In this document: positions 29,078 to 32,000 of the stretch, piece after piece
How positions within the stretch are numbered: position 1 is the stretch's first letter
Layout: each line of letters opens with the position of its first letter
Assembly (NCBI GenBank): GCA_016699145.1
Contig: CP064962.1
Span: 1,200,001 to 1,232,000, forward strand
From: Candidatus Saccharimonadota bacterium
GTDB taxonomy: Bacteria > Patescibacteriota > Gracilibacteria > UBA1369 > 2-02-FULL-48-14
Direction: 5' to 3'
DNA length: 32,000 nt
The notes under the pieces: model-generated
Seen by the model: the letters and a program-made list of their open reading frames with translations, nothing else
Told to the model about the DNA's origin: nothing
Database searches by the model: none
Position numbers and translations under genes: made by a program

Positions 29078-30169
29078 ATGAACTACAACGTATTTGCGTC
29101 CAACCCCACACTTTCCCCCCAAGAAATTGCTTTGCGAGAATTGGTGGATCACTTGCTCATCGTTTTGAGTGGAAAAGAGCAGTACATCATTAAAAACCGT
29201 TTTGCCCTGGGGGAAGAAACGAAAAGAAAAACCCTGAACGAAATTGGAAAACATTTTGGCATCACCCGAGAACGCGTGAGGCAAATCGAAAAAACGGCTT
29301 TGCGCAAATTGGAACGTAACGCGCAAAACACCAATCTAAAAACCCTCACCGAGTTCACAAAAGCTCTGCTTGTTAAAGAAGGAGGAGTGGCTCGCGACAG
29401 CGACTTTAAAAACCTGCTTTTACAATTTTTGCCCAACATCAGTGAAGAAGAACTTCAAGATTTGCATTTGACTCTCAGTCTCGATTCCGAAATTTGCTTT
29501 GAATCCAATACTTTTCATTTTCATCCTTATTGGAGGATCAAAAACATCGAAAATGCTTTTTTGATGAAAATCACCTCCATGACACTGGCCTTGCTGGATA
29601 AAAGCAAAAAATCCATCCCTTTGAATGAATTGCAGCAGAGTCTCAACAGTGCCCTGCAACTCTCTTTGAGCGGTGCCGTGATCCGCAATTTCTTGTCCAT
29701 TTCCAAAGCCTTTAAGTTCACCGACAACAACGAAGTGGGCCTTTACAGTTGGCGTCACATTCATCCACGCACTTTGCGAGATAAAATTTTCTTTGTTTTG
29801 AACAAGGAAAAAAGAGCTCCTCATTTTGACAAAATCAGCGATCTGATTAAAAAAGCCGAATTCGATGAGAAACAGGTCAACACTCAAGCCGTACACAATG
29901 AATTGATCCGCAACGAAAACTTTATTTCGATTGGACGAGGCATTTATGCCCTTAAAACTTGGGGCTATAAAACAGGCACGGTGGCCGATGTGATCACTGA
30001 AATTCTCAGCGATGGCATTCCTCGCAGTTGTGAAGAAATCACGAAAGAAGTGATGAAACAACGTCATGTCAAAGCCATCACCATTCGCTTGAACCTTAAA
30101 AACAAAGCTCGCTTCGCTCGCGTAGGAAGAGACAAATACGCCCTGCTGGGGGAAGCTCAAGCTCTATAA
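29078..30169 (+). CDS. sigma-70 region 4-only domain fused to two or three HARE-HTH-like winged-helix repeats
   Basis: The N-terminal LSGKEQYIIKNRFALGEETKRKTLNEIGKHFGITRERVRQIEKTALRKLER is a textbook sigma-70 region 4 (-35-binding HTH). Regions 1-3 are absent. The C-terminal repeats end in the HARE-HTH hallmark F-x-x-(V/I)-G-R-G-x-Y-A-L: NENFISIGRGIYALKTW and KARFARVGRDKYALL. Confidence 0.75.
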   Translation: MNYNVFASNPTLSPQEIALRELVDHLLIVLSGKEQYIIKNRFALGEETKRKTLNEIGKHFGITRERVRQIEKTALRKLERNAQNTNLKTLTEFTKALLVKEGGVARDSDFKNLLLQFLPNISEEELQDLHLTLSLDSEICFESNTFHFHPYWRIKNIENAFLMKITSMTLALLDKSKKSIPLNELQQSLNSALQLSLSGAVIRNFLSISKAFKFTDNNEVGLYSWRHIHPRTLRDKIFFVLNKEKRAPHFDKISDLIKKAEFDEKQVNTQAVHNELIRNENFISIGRGIYALKTWGYKTGTVADVITEILSDGIPRSCEEITKEVMKQRHVKAITIRLNLKNKARFARVGRDKYALLGEAQAL

Positions 30170-30188
30170 ACTTTATCACACGCCAACC

Positions 30189-31352
30189 ATGTCCACACGC
30201 CTTAAAACGATGGCAAGCTTGCTTGTCCTCTCTATCTTTCTTCAGTTTTTTTCCATGCCTTTGGCTTCTGCAGAAGGAAATCTCCTCACCAATCCCGGAG
30301 CCGAAACAGGAGATTTTACAGGATGGACTCGCGTGAATGGAGGGGATGGCTGGGCTTTGACCTCTGCACCTTGGTACGTCCATGGGGGTACGTATGCCTT
30401 CGTGGCCTCTTATGCCTTTGGGACACTGACTCAAGTGGTGGACTTAGTGGGCGAAGGCTACTCACGCTCTTTTTTAGACCGAGAGCCTCAAGTGGATTTC
30501 AGCACTTTCATCATGGGTCTGGACAGTTTTTCGAGCCCAGAAGACCCTTATTCGGTGACCGTGCTTCTTTTGAATGAAGAAGAAGAGGAAATTGCCAGCT
30601 TCGAAACAGGAGATCAAACGGCAACAGGGGAATGGCAAGAAATCAGCCACTCTTTCACGAATTATGGCAACGGATTGCGTTACGTTTCAGTGGAATTGCG
30701 CGGCAGCGATCAAGAATTTTGGGCAGGAAACTATGGAGCTATTTTTGATGACACGTCACTCTCCATCGTAGGGAACCCCCATTCAGGCAGCATTCCCTTT
30801 CCGGTAACGATTTTTGTACCCGAAGAATCCTCTGAAGAATCGCTCAAAGAGTCGCCTTTTGAAGATGTGACCGAAACAGATCACAAGACCGCGATTGAGT
30901 ACCTCTACGAAGCAGACATCGTCAATGGTTATGAAAAAGAAAATGGAGGCAAAGAATTCAAACCAGATCAATCCATCAATCGTGCCGAATTCTTAAAGAT
31001 GGTCATGGCTCTGACCGAAGAAGAAACAGAAGAACAGCACAATTGTTTCACCGATGTTCAGGATCAATGGTTTGCGCCTTATGTCTGCACCGCCCACAAA
31101 AAGGGCATAATCACCGGCTATGGAGATGGAAGCTTTAAACCGGAGCAGCCCATCACTTTTGAGGAAATGTTCACCCTCGCTCTCAGAGCTTATGGCTACA
31201 CTCTCAAATCCGATGCCAATGAGGCATGGTACAAAGCTTATTGGGACAAAGTGGTCAGCCTCAATTTGCTCGAAGAACTCAAACCCATGCTTCATAAAGA
31301 GGCCAATCGAGGGGAAGCCGCTCAATTGCTCTACAACATGGAAGTCCCTTGA
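30189..31352 (+). CDS. secreted protein with an N-terminal CBM/galactose-binding-like domain and C-terminal SLH repeats
   Basis: - Signal peptide ...FSMPLASA|EGN.
- The N-terminal NLLTNPGAETGDFTGWTRVNGG is typical of jelly-roll carbohydrate-binding modules.
- SLH repeats: FEDVTETDHKTAIEYLYEADIVNGY...FKPDQSINRAEFLKMV and FTDVQDQWFAPYVCTAHKKGIITGYGDGSFKPEQPITFEEMFTL, plus a degenerate third repeat. Confidence 0.85.
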   Translation: MSTRLKTMASLLVLSIFLQFFSMPLASAEGNLLTNPGAETGDFTGWTRVNGGDGWALTSAPWYVHGGTYAFVASYAFGTLTQVVDLVGEGYSRSFLDREPQVDFSTFIMGLDSFSSPEDPYSVTVLLLNEEEEEIASFETGDQTATGEWQEISHSFTNYGNGLRYVSVELRGSDQEFWAGNYGAIFDDTSLSIVGNPHSGSIPFPVTIFVPEESSEESLKESPFEDVTETDHKTAIEYLYEADIVNGYEKENGGKEFKPDQSINRAEFLKMVMALTEEETEEQHNCFTDVQDQWFAPYVCTAHKKGIITGYGDGSFKPEQPITFEEMFTLALRAYGYTLKSDANEAWYKAYWDKVVSLNLLEELKPMLHKEANRGEAAQLLYNMEVP

Positions 31353-31379
31353 AGGGTTTTCATTCTCCAATAAGACGTA

Positions 31380-32000
31380 TCAAAAATACTTTTTGTTACG
31401 AAGTTTCTCTGGCATTAAATCTTCTTTGGTGTACAAATCATAACCCTTACCATAACCTTCTTCTTTCATGAATTTTGTGGGAGCATTTCGTAGCATCAAA
31501 GGCACCGGCAGCGCACCAAAAACCTTCACATCTGAAAGAGCCGCTTCAATGGCGTCGTAAGCACGGCGATCCTTTTTGGCTTGGGCCAGGTAGACCACTC
31601 CATGCGCTAAATGGATGCGCGCCTCGGGCATGCCAATCGTCTCCACGGCTTTAAAGACTTCATTCGCCACCACGAGCGCTGTTGGCAAAGCCATACCGAC
31701 GTCTTCACTAGCAAAAATCACCATACGTCGCGCGATGAATTTGGGGTCTTCACCCGCATCGATCATCCGCGCCAAATAATAAAGGGCTGCATCCGGCTGA
31801 CTCGCCCGCATGCTTTTGATAAAAGCACTGATCACATTGTAGTGTTCCTCGCCTTTTTTATCGTAACGCAAAAATTTGGATTGGACGGTTTCTTTCAAGG
31901 CTTCAATATCTACTTTTCCATAAAGTCGTTCGGCATTTTCGAGCACGGTGATGGCTTGTCGGGCATCCCCATCTGCCATGCGGATCATCCATTCGCGAGC
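31380..32000 (-). CDS. rarA: replication-associated recombination protein A (RarA/MgsA), C-terminal part; gene continues past the window end
   Basis: Motifs: ADGDARQAITVLE, RYDKKGEEHYNVISAFIKSMRASQPDAALYYLARMIDAGEDPKFIARRMVIFASEDVGMA, MPEARIHLAHGVVYLAQAKKDRRAY, LRNAPTKFMKEEGYGKGY. The frame stays open to position 32000. Confidence 0.9.
   Translation of the reverse strand, partial: AREWMIRMADGDARQAITVLENAERLYGKVDIEALKETVQSKFLRYDKKGEEHYNVISAFIKSMRASQPDAALYYLARMIDAGEDPKFIARRMVIFASEDVGMALPTALVVANEVFKAVETIGMPEARIHLAHGVVYLAQAKKDRRAYDAIEAALSDVKVFGALPVPLMLRNAPTKFMKEEGYGKGYDLYTKEDLMPEKLRNKKYF

Noticed and set aside
28340-30160. Minus-strand ORFs of 131, 192 and 246 aa antisense to the histidine kinase and the sigma-r4/HARE-HTH genes
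   Set aside because: The sense-strand products carry clear H-box/ATPase and sigma region 4 motifs. The antisense translations are Phe/Lys-rich with no motifs. The 192-aa ORF also spans the intergenic promoter region.
24641-31400. Search for a direct repeat of the tRNA-Gly 3' end (an att-type scar) bounding the lower-GC segment
   Set aside because: Scanning by eye for TTCGACTCCCGC or CCCGCTACTTGCTCCA near 28.9-31.4 kb found nothing. An eye scan is not exhaustive, so island status is left as a hypothesis only.
1-32000. Alternative genetic code (UGA or UAG reassignment), CRISPR arrays, IS elements, integrases, rRNA
   Set aside because: leuS (803 aa), pnp (736 aa), the kinase and the cyclase are all uninterrupted and full-length under the standard code. 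I saw no spaced direct-repeat arrays, no transposase or integrase-like translations and no rRNA-like sequence on either strand.

Overview
Compact bacterial chromosomal window of about 35 genes. It uses the standard genetic code: leuS and pnp read through as long uninterrupted ORFs. No lineage can be assigned from sequence alone.

Housekeeping anchors:
- leuS (14696-17107, -)
- corA (20508-21434, +)
- rpsO-pnp (21493-24198, +), with an intrinsic terminator and a structured leader between them
- tRNA-Gly(GCC) (24611-24685, +)
- partial rarA (31380-32000, -)

Accessory content:
1. A low-GC block (1-6060; spot-checked lines about 32-37% GC versus 47-63% in the core). It holds ten tightly packed plus-strand genes for small or polytopic membrane proteins of unknown function. 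One is an untracked 54-aa LysM-like ORF. One polytopic gene is split by a frameshift in an A8 tract.
2. Two secreted proteins with C-terminal SLH repeats (6087-7271 and 30189-31352).
3. A CHASE2 class III nucleotide cyclase (7290-9353), plus a stand-alone cNMP-binding protein (18525-18929).
4. A type IV pilus minor-pilin-like cluster (9413-14695): a divergent FimT/GspH-like gene, then PilV-, PilW- and PilX-like genes, then a 612-aa secreted mosaic protein with a Cys-containing C-terminal sorting signal.
5. A lower-GC segment directly downstream of tRNA-Gly (about 24.7-30.2 kb). It carries an OmpR-type response regulator, an alpha-oxoamine-synthase-family PLP enzyme and a multi-TM histidine kinase in one tight operon, followed by a sigma-70 region-4 / HARE-HTH protein.

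The regulator-synthase-kinase operon is the most interesting item. Its architecture parallels the CqsA/CqsS, LqsA/LqsS/LqsR and JqsA/JqsS/JqsR alpha-hydroxyketone autoinducer loci.

Window-wide patterns:
- Shine-Dalgarno motifs are essentially absent.
- Several first-in-operon genes have a -10-like hexamer exactly 6 nt upstream of the ATG, which is leaderless-mRNA geometry.
- Convergent genes abut or overlap without terminators.

No CRISPR array, transposase, integrase or rRNA was seen.
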